From Macrostomum lignano (Eukaryota), in contig NIVC01001357.1 in the NCBI GenBank assembly GCA_002269645.1, positions 124,001 to 188,000 of the forward strand: a stretch of DNA of 64,000 bases. The letters are read 5' to 3'. Under the pieces are notes generated by a model, which was not told the origin of the DNA, ran no database searches, and saw nothing but the letters and a program-made list of their open reading frames with translations. This document shows positions 49,595 through 61,740 of the stretch, one piece after another. The position numbers and the translations under genes are program-made. The first letter of the stretch is position 1, and each line of letters starts with the position of its first letter.

Positions 49595-51083
49595 CCATAG
49601 ACAAAATACTTGGTTGAAATTGTATGGCCATAGGCTGCTTATCATAGTTTTTGGCCATAGACTATGTTTTCAAAGAAGAAAGGCACAGATGTGAGAGAGA
49701 GGATTGAGAAAATGAAAGCTCTCTAATAACCCTACTACGAGCTAGCTAGAAAAGCATCATGGAGCAGGACGAGGTGGCGTTTCCATGGATGAAGAATATA
49801 ATTGGATCGCCAAAAGCTCGATTTTTTGGTCCTAGCCATAGACAAGCACCAGCATCACAAGAAGCTCAAAATGGGATCACAACTCGTACGGCATTCGGCT
49901 GCTGTACGGACTGGGAGAACGGGGCAGAGAGCACCTGTCGAGCTTGGAGATAAAGGATTGGTTGGAGAAGAAAAGCGACTCTGAAGGAAGGATGTAACTT
50001 GGAAGGACAAAGAACAGGGCAGCTGATCAGGCGAAAGCCAAAAGTGACGTCGAAATCAAGCAGGCCAGGATATATGACACAGCAATTATAGACGAGTATT
50101 TTCTATACAAACCAGTGAAATCCTGCCTGGTGAAACGAAGGACACTTCCCTGTTCCCAAGACCGCTAAGAAATTCGCCGACTGGAGCACGGCGGTTTTGT
50201 GCTGAGCAGAAGAGAGGCGTAAACTACCTCATCAACTTCATGAAGACTCTGAGTGGAAAGGCCAAGCTATCCAAAGTGTACACCAACCATGCACTGCATC
50301 AGGTAAACCCCTTTGCCCAAACGTATAGCCTCATGATGCTTACAATTGTGCGATACCTTCTGCCCATTATGTTAGAGTCAGCAGGGTGAGCGACTTAGAA
50401 GCAGCTGGACATTCCATGACCGACATCATGGCGATAACCGGCCGGAAGTGCGAAAAGACCGTTCGCCGATATCTCTCAATCAGACGTGACAAGCTGCTAA
50501 AGAAGTGCAGCGACGCCGAAAGCAAAGTACTGGACATGGAGAAAAACCTACACCGGATTCAGATGGCCATGTTATTACGAGCGAGCGCCCATCAGCCAGT
50601 ACAACAGATGGCCCAGCAGTCAACACAAGCGTCTGCCCAGTCAACATCCAGAGCTCAACGGTCCAGTGGGCGGTCAACTTCGCAAACGTTCATCCAAATG
50701 GCAAGAACATCTTCGTCATTCAAAACAGCACGTTCAACCAATGCAGTCTGTGAGAATTCATGAGCAACTGACTCTACAAGCCAAAATATTTCAAGAGACT
50801 TTAGCCCTCTTGAAATTTGAAATTTGATTGTATTTCTTATTGTTTCTTGTCACCTTTTGTTACTGTGCATTGTTGTATTGTATTGTATTGTTACTGTGGT
50901 ATACTATTTTTCTAAATAAATTGTGGACATTATCCACAAGTCATGGACATTATCCAGAACTGTGACGCTAGAACCACAGGCCATAGAGTGAAATCAAAGT
51001 TGCGATAGTTTTTACCATAGACAAAATATTATCTAAAAGCACTGACTAGCGACAATGTCAGTTTCATTTTGCCATAGACTATG
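49595..51083 (+). mobile_element. Crypton-like tyrosine recombinase unit 3 (defective)
   Basis: Coding remnant ~49800-50763: KQARIY, SLFPRPL, FMKTLSGKAKLSKVYTNH, then intron 50303-50375 at the same position as in unit 1, then RVSDLEAAGHSMTDIMAITGRKCEKTVRRY. 4-bp insertion near the TNH motif and TGH changed to TGR. Confidence 0.8.
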
Positions 51084-52037
51084 AAACCCAGAAATTATCC
51101 TCCCCCATTCGCTTGCTTGCGTCTGGCAAAATCAATTGCAAATAGGAAGAATTCTATTGAGGCATATACGAGTATTGTGCTACGCTCGTAAAAATGGTTG
51201 CATTTTCTGACCATAACGAGCGTCATTCAAGTAATCACAATCTGAGCAATAAAAGGTCATCAAGGACCAAGCATTCAACCATCCCATAGGAACAAATTTT
51301 CTGTTTGAAATTTTTCTTTATTAAGAAATGAACACTTGCATTAGTGCAAGGGTACTTCTCCACAAAAAGAAAGTTTAGTTGCTGAGCTATTATTAATTAC
51401 TAATAGACTCATTGCTCTAATTGAAAGCATTTCTCCGTTTGTGTTTGTGGACGATCAACGCTTCCTAAGATGGCCCCCGCGAAGTCTCTGGATCCCACGG
51501 CAATCGTGCAGAAGCAGACGTGCTTAAAGATATTTTTAATTAGGTACTTGTAATTAGCTCTAGGCTACATGTAGCTGTTCCGCCTTAATTAGCAGCTTAA
51601 GGGCGGGGCTAGAGCTTTTTTGAGGTGATCAAGTTTGTTTCAAATCAGACATCTCTGAATTGGATTGTGAAAATTATAAAAAAAATTAATCCATTTTTCT
51701 GGCAAAAATGGAACAAAATAAATGCATTTACCAGTTGGAGGTTGCTGTGAAACCAAAGCTGAATTTTGCAAACTGGCATCTCTTCGTTGATGGTTACCTG
51801 AGCTGCTTGCTTTTCAAACGTACGACCAGCAATGCATCTAGGATGTCAACCATTGAGCATATGCATTTGGAAATAGAAGCACTTTTAAACACAATTCTGT
51901 AATTCTGTAATGACACCTGTTTTGTTTGAATTTCATGAAACTTTTCAATAGTTTTCATCTCTGCAGCTGTGAACATTTTTAATCAGATTTATGTAAGATG
52001 GCAACACAAATAGTCTGAAATGCTGAAATAAAAGCCC

Positions 52038-53117
52038 CAGGGACAACTAAAACCCTCGGGACGCGAAACGAGCCAATTCATGGCAAAAAATCTTAGGGGC
52101 TCGCTTAAAAGTATTGTTCTATGGCTTTTTTAAGTCTTTTCTGCTATCAGGCATTAACGGTTAGATTAAATAGTAAAGCGAGGCAATGTCGAGTATTTAA
52201 TTTAAAGAATAGGAACCAGTGATATAATTACAATGTATTTACAATAAAGTAACCGCCATATCAACAAAAAACTCCAACGGCAAGAAGATAAAAGATGAAA
52301 GCGAAGATATAACTCCAACGGCAAGAAGATAAAGGATGAAAGCGAAGATGAAACTCCAACGGCAAGAAGATAAAGGATGAAAGCGAAGATGAAACTCCAA
52401 CGGCAAGAAGATAAAGGATGAAAGCGAAGATGAAACTCCAACGGCAAGAAGATAAAGGATGAAAGCGAAGATGAAACTCCAACGGCAAGAAGATAAAGGA
52501 TGAAAGCGAAGATGAAACTCCAACGGCAAGAAGATAAAGGATGAAAGCGAAGATGAAACTCCAACGGCAAGAAGATAAAGGATGAAAGCGAAGATGAAAC
52601 TCCAACGGCAAGAAGATAGAAGCAAATACGGAACTCCAAGGACAAGACGACACAAACAGTCAGTAGCTCGTAAATAAAGGAAACGCTGGAACTTCACCTA
52701 CTGAGCATCTAACTTCCGAAGCTTTCTATCATGGGATGTCGTCGGTATTGGTGGGAGTTTTGACGAGCGTCTTTCTAGTCTTACCTGGAGAATATTTGGC
52801 AGCGCCTTTCTCCATCGCTCTCGCTCCTGTGGATCTCTGGGAAACGCAAATGTCCGTGTCCGAACGGCTTCAGAGTTGTAATTTGACGAGCACGGAAATA
52901 CGCTGCACTTTCTTGGCATTTCATCAAGTGAATAAAAAATGCTTCTCTTGATATAGTTCAGCTTAGCTTCACTGCAGGCCGCAGCTAAAGCAATTTTAAT
53001 TTGCCTGATAGCAGAGAAGACTTGAAAAAGCCATAGAACAATACTTTTAAGCGAGCCCCTCAGATTTTTTGCCATGAATTGGCTCGTTTCGCGTCCCGAG
53101 GGTTTTAGTTGTCCCTG
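52038..53117 (-). mobile_element. Non-autonomous THAP-carrying DNA element (1080 bp) with ~115-bp TIRs
   Basis: TIRs start cagggacaactaaaaccctcgggacgcg and end gtccctg. 9-bp direct repeat taaaagccc (52029-52037, 53118-53126). THAP exon 52919-52785 MPRKCSVFPCSSNY...FAFPRDPQERERWRKALPNILQ|gtaag. Confidence 0.85.
52270..52620. repeat. 41-bp tandem repeat inside the THAP element
   Basis: actccaacggcaagaagataaaggatgaaagcgaagatgaa x ~8. Confidence 0.95.
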
Positions 53118-53539
53118 TAAAAGCCCACGCTTTTAGACTGACAATTTGGCTTTCACATTTGCCTTGCTCTAGTGGTGGTAGCATTCACCATTACTCTTCA
53201 ACTTCCATTGTCCTGTGCTCAATGCTCTGTGTTCGAGTTATACCTTCAACCTGCTGGCTGAAAAGCAAATTTTGGCGTAGTTTTTTATCTTTCTGTAGGC
53301 TTTGGGACTCGAGGCAGACGGCAGCAGGACAAGCTCTCTCTGGGGCAGTGAGGATTCCATTCTTTTAATTTAGCATGCGCAACATGTTACTCTAGTGTTT
53401 TATAATATCTGTGTAGCTAGCATTTCATTTTTCTTTGTTTTCTTTGTACTCCATAAGCCCAAAGTTGTATGCACTATCTGTGTATGTATGTAGAAACTAA
53501 TATGCATTGAGATTGAATTACATTTAAAACAATGGCTTA

Positions 53540-54240
53540 GGAGTCCTCAGACTCAGTCTCCTTACCACTAGTGGTCCTCAGACTCAGTCTCCTCACCACT
53601 AGTGGTCCTCAGACTCAGTCTCCTTACCACTAGTGGTCCTCAGACTCAGTCTCCTCACCACTAGTGGTCCTCAGACTCAGTCTCCTCACCACTAGTGGTC
53701 CTCAGACTCAGTCTCCTCACCACTAGTGGTCCGGTCCTCAGACTCAGTCTCCTCACCACTAGTGGTCCCCAGACTCAGTCTCCTTACCACTAGTGGTCCT
53801 CAGACTCAGTCTCCTCACCACTGGTGGTCCTCAGACTCAGTCTCCTTACCACTGGTGGTCCTCAGACTCAGAGTCTCCTCACCACTGGTGGTCCTCAGAC
53901 TCAGTCTCCTTACCACTGGTGGTCCTCAGACTCAGTCTTCTTACCGCTGGTGGTCCTCAGACTCAGTCTCCTTACCACTGGTGGTCCTCAGACTCAGAGT
54001 CTCCTTACCACTGGTGGTCCTCAGACTCAGTCTCCTTACCACTAGTGGTCCTCAGACTCAGTCTCCTCACCACTGGTGGTCCTCAGACTCAGTCTCCTTA
54101 CCACTGGTGGTCCTCAGACTCAGTCTTCTTACCGCTGGTGGTCCTCAGACTCAGTCTCCTTACCACTGGTGGTCCTCAGACTCAGAGTCTCCTTACCACT
54201 GGTGGTCCTCAGACTCAGTCTCCTTACCACTAGTGGTCCT
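53540..54240. repeat. Minisatellite, ~31-bp unit
   Basis: ctcagactcagtctccttaccact(a/g)gtggtc copies. Confidence 0.95.
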
Positions 54241-54639
54241 CCGTCTACTTCTAGCGAATGCTGCGGACCAAGCAAAAGAAAACGGCCCTTAAAATCAAAG
54301 ATTGCGAAGGCACAGAAGCAGCTGAGCCTAGCAGGTTTATTTAAAGAAATTTTCCAAAAATTTCCCTTTCCTTTTCTTTTTTTTTACGCTATCAGCTGGT
54401 TGGAATCTGAAAAGCTTTTTATCTCAATAAAATCTCTAAAAATATGGGAAAAATCAGTTTCAATTATGCTTCTGATGTACTCGTAAATGCAAAACATATT
54501 TGTCCACACGGTGTTGACACCTGCGACATGCCGCCTTATTAGCAGCCCGGTACCACCTGAGCTGTCGCTTTGTGCGACAGAAATCCGAATTTGCAGGTAA
54601 ACACAGCTACCTGGAATTCCTGTCTGAAAAACTGCAAGA

Positions 54640-57600
54640 AATGAGGATCTGCAGGGATCTAAACTCAGGATCTGCAGGGATCTAAACTCAGGATCTGCAG
54701 GTATCTAAACTCAGGATCTGCAGGGATCTAAACTCAGGATCTGCAGGGATCTAAACTCAGGATCTGCAGGGATCTAAACTCAGGATCTGCAGGGATCTAA
54801 ACTCAGGATCTGCAAGGATCTAAACTCAGGATCTGCAGGGATCTAAACTCAGGATCTGCAGGGATCTAAACTCAGGATCTGCAGGGATCTAAACTCAGGA
54901 TCTGCAGGTATCTAAACTCAGGATCTGCAGGGATCTAAACTCAGGATCTGCAGGGATCTAAACTCAGGATCTGCAGGGATCTAAACTCAGGATCTGCAGG
55001 GATCTAAACTCAGGATCTGCAGGGATCTAAACTCAGGATCTGCAGGGATCTAAACTCAGGATCTGCAGGGATCTAAACTCAGGATCTGCAGGGATCTAAA
55101 CTCAGGATCTGCAGGTATCTAAACTCAGGATCTGCAGGGATCTAAACTCAGGATCTGCAGGGATCTAAACTCAGGATCTGCAGGGATCTAAACTCAGGAT
55201 CTGCAGGGATCTAAACTAAAGATCTGCAGGTATCTAAACTCAGGATCTGCAGGGATCTAAACTCAGGATCTGCAGGGATCTAAACTCAGGATCTGCAGGG
55301 ATCTAAACTCAGGATCTGCAGGGATCTAAAATGAGGATCTGCAGGGATCTAAACTCAGGATCTGCAGGGATCTAAACTCAGGATCTGCAGGGATCTAAAC
55401 TCAGGATCTGCAGGGATCTAAACTCAGGATCTGCAGGGATCTAAACTCAGGATCTGCAGGTATCTAAACTCAGGATCTGCAGGGATCTAAACTCAGGATC
55501 TGCAGGGATCTAAACTCAGGATCTGCAGGGATCTAAACTCAGGATCTGCAGGGATCTAAACTCAGGATCTGCAGGGATCTAAACTCAGGATCTGCAGGGA
55601 TCTAAACTCAGGATCTGCAGGGATCTAAACTCAGGATCTGCAGGGATCTAAACTCAGGATCTGCAGGGATCTAAACTCAGGATCTGCAGGGATCTAAACT
55701 CAGGATCTGCAGGTATCTAAACTCAGGATCTGCAGGGATCTAAAATGAGGATCTGCAGGGATCTAAACTCAGGATCTGCAGGGATCTAAACTCAGGATCT
55801 GCAGGGATCTAAACTCAGGATCTGCAGGGATCTAAACTCAGGATCTGCAGGTATCTAAACTCAGGATCTGCAGGGATCTAAACTCAGGATCTGCAGGGAT
55901 CTAAACTCAGGATCTGCAGGGATCTAAACTCAGGATCTGCAGGTATCTAAACTCAGGATCTGCAGGGATCTAAACTCAGGATCTGCAGGGATCTAAACTC
56001 AGGATCTGCAGGGATATAAACTAAAGATCTGCAGGTATCTAAACTCAGGATCTGCAGGGATCTAAACTCAGGATCTGCAGGGATCTAAACTCAGGATCTG
56101 CAGGTATCTAAACTCAGGATCTGCAGGGATCTAAACTCAGGATCTGCAGGGATCTAAACTAAAGATCTGCAGGTATCTAAACTCAGGATCTGCAGGTATC
56201 TAAACTCACGATCTGCAGGTATCTAAACTCAGGATCTGCAGGGATCTAAACTGAGGATCTGCAGGGATCTAAACTCAGGATCTGCAGGGATCTAAACTCA
56301 GGATCTGCAGGGATCTAAACTCAGGATCTGCAGGGATCTAAACTCAGGATCTGCAGGTATCTAAACTCAGGATCTGCAGGGATCTAAACTCAGGATCTGC
56401 AGGGATCTAAACTCAGGATCTGCAGGGATCTAAACTCAGGATCTGCAGGGATCTAAACTCAGGATCTGCAGGTATCTAAACTCAGGATCTGCAGGGATCT
56501 AAACTGAGGATCTGCAGGGATCTAAACTAAAGATCTGCAGGGATCTAAACTCAGGATCTGCAGGGATCTAAACTCAGGATCTGCAGGGATCTAAACTCAG
56601 GATCTGCAGGGATCTAAACTCAGGATCTGCAGGGATCTAAACTAAAGATCTGCAGGTATCTAAACTCAGGATCTGCAGGGATCTAAACTCAGGATCTGCA
56701 GGTATCTAAACTCAGGATCTGCAGGGATCTAAACTCAGGATCTGCAGGTATCTAAACTCAGGATCTGCAGGGATCTAAACTAAAGATCTGCAGGTATCTA
56801 AACTCAGGATCTGCAGGGATCTAAACTAAAGATCTGCAGGTATCTAAACTCAGGATCTGCAGGGATCTAAACTCAGGATCTGCAGGTATCTAAACTCAGG
56901 ATCTGCAGGGATCTAAACTCAGGATCTGCAGGGATCTAAACTCAGGATCTGCAGGTATCTAAACTCAGGATCTGCAGGGATCTAAACTCAGGATCTGCAG
57001 GGATCTAAACTCAGGATCTGCAGGGATCTAAACTCAGGATCTGCAGGGATCTAAACTCAGGATCTGCAGGGATCTAAACTCAGGATCTGCAGGTATCTAA
57101 ACTCAGGATCTGCAGGGATCTAAACTGAGGATCTGCAGGTATCTAAACTCAGGATCTGCAGGGATCTAAACTCAGGATCTGCAGGGATCTAAACTCAGGA
57201 TCTGCAGGGATCTAAACTGAGGATCTGCAGGGATCTAAACTCAGGATCTGCAGGGATCTAAACTCAGGATCTGCAGGGATCTAAACTCAGGATCTGCAGG
57301 AATCTAAACTCAGGATCTGCAGGGATCTAAAATGAGGATCTGCAGGGATCTAAACTCAGGATCTGCAGGGATCTAAACTCAGGATCTGCAGGGATCTAAA
57401 CTCAGGATCTGCAGGGATCTAAACTCAGGATCTGCAGGTATCTAAACTCAGGATCTGCAGGTATCTAAACTCAGGATCTGCAGGGATCTAAACTCAGGAT
57501 CTGCAGGGATCTAAACTAAAGATCTGCAGGTATCTAAACTCAGGATCTGCAGGTATCTAAACTCAGGATCTGCAGGTATCTAAACTCAGGATCTGCAGGG

Positions 57601-60600
57601 ATCTAAACTGAGGATCTGCAGGGATCTAAACTCAGGATCTGCAGGGATCTAAACTCAGGATCTGCAGGGATCTAAACTCAGGATCTGCAGGGATCTAAAC
57701 TCAGGATCTGCAGGTATCTAAACTCAGGATCTGCAGGGATCTAAACTCAGGATCTGCAGGGATCTAAACTCAGGATCTGCAGGGATCTAAACTCAGGATC
57801 TGCAGGGATCTAAACTCAGGATCTGCAGGTATCTAAACTCAGGATCTGCAGGGATCTAAACTGAGGATCTGCAGGGATCTAAACTAAAGATCTGCAGGGA
57901 TCTAAACTCAGGATCTGCAGGGATCTAAACTCAGGATCTGCAGGGATCTAAACTCAGGATCTGCAGGGATCTAAACTCAGGATCTGCAGGGATCTAAACT
58001 AAAGATCTGCAGGTATCTAAACTCAGGATCTGCAGGGATCTAAACTCAGGATCTGCAGGTATCTAAACTCAGGATCTGCAGGGATCTAAACTCAGGATCT
58101 GCAGGTATCTAAACTCAGGATCTGCAGGGATCTAAACTAAAGATCTGCAGGTATCTAAACTCAGGATCTGCAGGGATCTAAACTAAAGATCTGCAGGTAT
58201 CTAAACTCAGGATCTGCAGGGATCTAAACTCAGGATCTGCAGGTATCTAAACTCAGGATCTGCAGGGATCTAAACTCAGGATCTGCAGGGATCTAAACTC
58301 AGGATCTGCAGGTATCTAAACTCAGGATCTGCAGGGATCTAAACTCAGGATCTGCAGGGATCTAAACTCAGGATCTGCAGGGATCTAAACTCAGGATCTG
58401 CAGGGATCTAAACTCAGGATCTGCAGGGATCTAAACTCAGGATCTGCAGGTATCTAAACTCAGGATCTGCAGGGATCTAAACTGAGGATCTGCAGGTATC
58501 TAAACTCAGGATCTGCAGGGATCTAAACTCAGGATCTGCAGGGATCTAAACTCAGGATCTGCAGGGATCTAAACTGAGGATCTGCAGGGATCTAAACTCA
58601 GGATCTGCAGGGATCTAAACTCAGGATCTGCAGGGATCTAAACTCAGGATCTGCAGGAATCTAAACTCAGGATCTGCAGGGATCTAAAATGAGGATCTGC
58701 AGGGATCTAAACTCAGGATCTGCAGGGATCTAGACTCAGGATCTGCAGGGATCTAAACTCAGGATCTGCAGGGATCTAAACTCAGGATCTGCAGGGATCT
58801 AAACTCAGGATCTGCAAGGATCTAAACTCAGGATCTGCAGGGATCTAAACTCAGGATCTGCAGGGATCTAAACTCAGGATCTGCAGGGATCTAAACTCAG
58901 GATCTGCAGGGATCTAAACTCAGGATCTGCAGGGATCTAAACTCAGGATCTGCAGGGATCTAAACTCAGGATCTGCAGGGATCTAAACTCAGGATCTGCA
59001 GGGATCTAAACTCAGGATCTGCAGGAATCTAAACTCAGGATCTGCAGGGATCTAAACTCAGGATCTGCAGGGATCTAAAATGAGGATCTGCAGGGATCTA
59101 AACTCAGGATCTGCAGGGATCTAAACTCAGGATCTGCAGGGATCTAAACTCAGGATCTGCAGGGATCTAAACTCAGGATCTGCAGGTATCTAAACTCAGG
59201 ATCTGCAGGGATCTAAACTCAGGATCTGCAGGGATCTAAACTCAGGATCTGCAGGGATCTAAACTCAGGATCTGCAGGGATCTAAACTCAGGATCTGCAG
59301 GGATCTAAACTCAGGATCTGCAGGGATCTAAACTCAGGATCTGCAGGGATCTAAACTCAGGATCTGCAGGTATCTAAACTCAGGATCTGCAGGGATCTAA
59401 ACTCAGGATCTGCAGGGATCTAAACTCAGGATCTGCAGGGATCTAAACTCAGGATCTGCAGGGATCTAAACTCAGGATCTGCAGGGATCTAAACTAAAGA
59501 TCTGCAGGTATCTAAACTCAGGATCTGCAGGGATCTAAACTCAGGATCTGCAGGGATCTAAACTCAGGATCTGCAGGGATCTAAACTCAGGATCTGCAGG
59601 GATCTAAACTAAAGATCTGCAGGTATCTAAACTCAGGATCTGCAGGGATCTAAACTCAGGATCTGCAGGGATCTAAACTCAGGATCTGCAGGGATCTAAA
59701 CTCAGGATCTGCAGGGATCTAAAATGAGGATCTGCAGGGATCTAAACTCAGGATCTGCAGGGATCTAAACTCAGGATCTGCAGGGATCTAAACTCAGGAT
59801 CTGCAGGGATCTAAACTCAGGATCTGCAGGGATCTAAACTCAGGATCTGCAGGGATCTAAAATGAGGATCTGCAGGTATCTAAACTCAGGATCTGCAGGG
59901 ATCTAAACTCAGGATCTGCAGGGATCTAAACTCAGGATCTGCAGGGATCTAAACTCAGGATCTGCAGGGATCTAAACTCAGGATCTGCAGGGATCTAAAC
60001 TGAGGATCTGCAGGGATCTAAAATGAGGATCTGCAGGGATCTAAAATGAGGATCTGCAGGGATCTAAACTCAGGATCTGCAGGGATCTAAACTGAGGATC
60101 TTGGATCGAAACTGAGGATCTACAGGGATCTAAACTGAGTATCTGGGATCTAAACAGAGGATCTTGGATCGAAACTGAGGATCTTGGATCGAAACTGAGG
60201 ATCTGCAGGGATCTAAAATGAGGATCTGCAGGGATCTAAAATGAGGATCTGCAGGGATCTAAACTCAGGATCTGCAGGGATCTAAACTCAGGATCTGTAG
60301 GGATCTAAACTCAGGATCTGCAGGGATCTAAACTCAGGATCTGCAGGGATCTAAAATGAGGATCTGCAGGGATCTAAACTCAGGATCTGCAGGGATCTAA
60401 ACTCAGGATCTGCAGGGATCTAAACTCAGGATCTGCAGGGATCTAAACTCAGGATCTGCAGGGATCTAAACTCAGGATCTGCAGGGATCTAAACTCAGGA
60501 TCTGCAGGGATCTAAACTCAGGATCTGCAGGGATCTAAAATGAGGATCTGCAGGGATCTAAACTCAGGATCTGCAGGGATCTAAACTCAGGATCTGCAGG

Positions 60601-61740
60601 GATCTAAACTCAGGATCTGCAGGGATCTAAACTCAGGATCTGCAGGGATCTAAACTAAAGATCTGCAGGTATCTAAACTCAGGATCTGCAGGGATCTAAA
60701 CTCAGGATCTGCAGGGATCTAAACTCAGGATCTGCAGGGATCTAAACTCAGGATCTGCAGGGATCTAAAATGAGGATCTGCAGGGATCTAAACTCAGGAT
60801 CTGCAGGGATCTAAACTCAGGATCTGCAGGGATCTAAACTCAGGATCTGCAGGGATCTAAACTGAGGATCTGCAGGGATCTAAAATGAGGATCTGCAGGG
60901 ATCTAAACTCAGGATCTGCAGGGATCTAAACTCAGGATCTGCAGGGATCTAAACTCAGGATCTGCAGGGATCTAAACTCAGGATCTGCAGGGATCTAAAA
61001 TGAGGATCTGCAGGGATCTAAACTCAGGATCTGCAGGGATCTAAACTCAGGATCTGCAGGGATCTAAACTCAGGATCTGCAGGGATCTAAACTCAGGATC
61101 TGCAGGGATCTAAACTCAGGATCTGCAGGGATCTAAACTGAGGATCTGCAGGGATCTAAAATGAGGATCTGCAGGGATCTAAAATGAGGATCTGCAGGGA
61201 TCTAAACTCAGGATCTGCAGGGATCTAAACTGAGGATCTTGGATCGAAACTGAGGATCTACAGGGATCTAAACTGAGTATCTGGGATCTAAACAGAGGAT
61301 CTTGGATCGAAACTGAGGATCTTGGATCGAAACTGAGGATCTGCAGGGATCTAAAATGAGGATCTGCAGGGATCTAAACTCAGGATCTGCAGGGATCTAA
61401 ACTCAGGATCTGCAGGGATCTAAACTCAAGATCTGCTGGGATCGAAACTGAGGATCTTGGATCGAAACTGAGGATCTGCAGGGATCTAAAATGAGGATCT
61501 GCAGGGATCTAAAATGAGGATCTGCAGGGATCTAAACTCAGGATCTGCAGGGATCTAAACTCAGGATCTGCAGGGATCTAAACTCAGGATCTGCAAGGAT
61601 CTAAACTCAAGATCTGCTGGGATCTAAACTGAGGATCTTGGATCGAAACTGAGGATCTACAGGGATCTAAACTGAGTATCTGGGATCTAAACAGAGGATC
61701 TTGGATCGAAACTGAGGATCTTGGATCTAAACTGAGGATC
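54640..61740. repeat. Large satellite, 23-bp unit (~300 copies)
   Basis: caggatctgcagggatctaaact; right edge decays into ~20-bp variants out to ~62020. Confidence 0.98.

Noticed and set aside
54640-61740. CRISPR-like regular repeats
   Set aside because: Head-to-tail units with no unique spacers, eukaryotic context and no cas genes.
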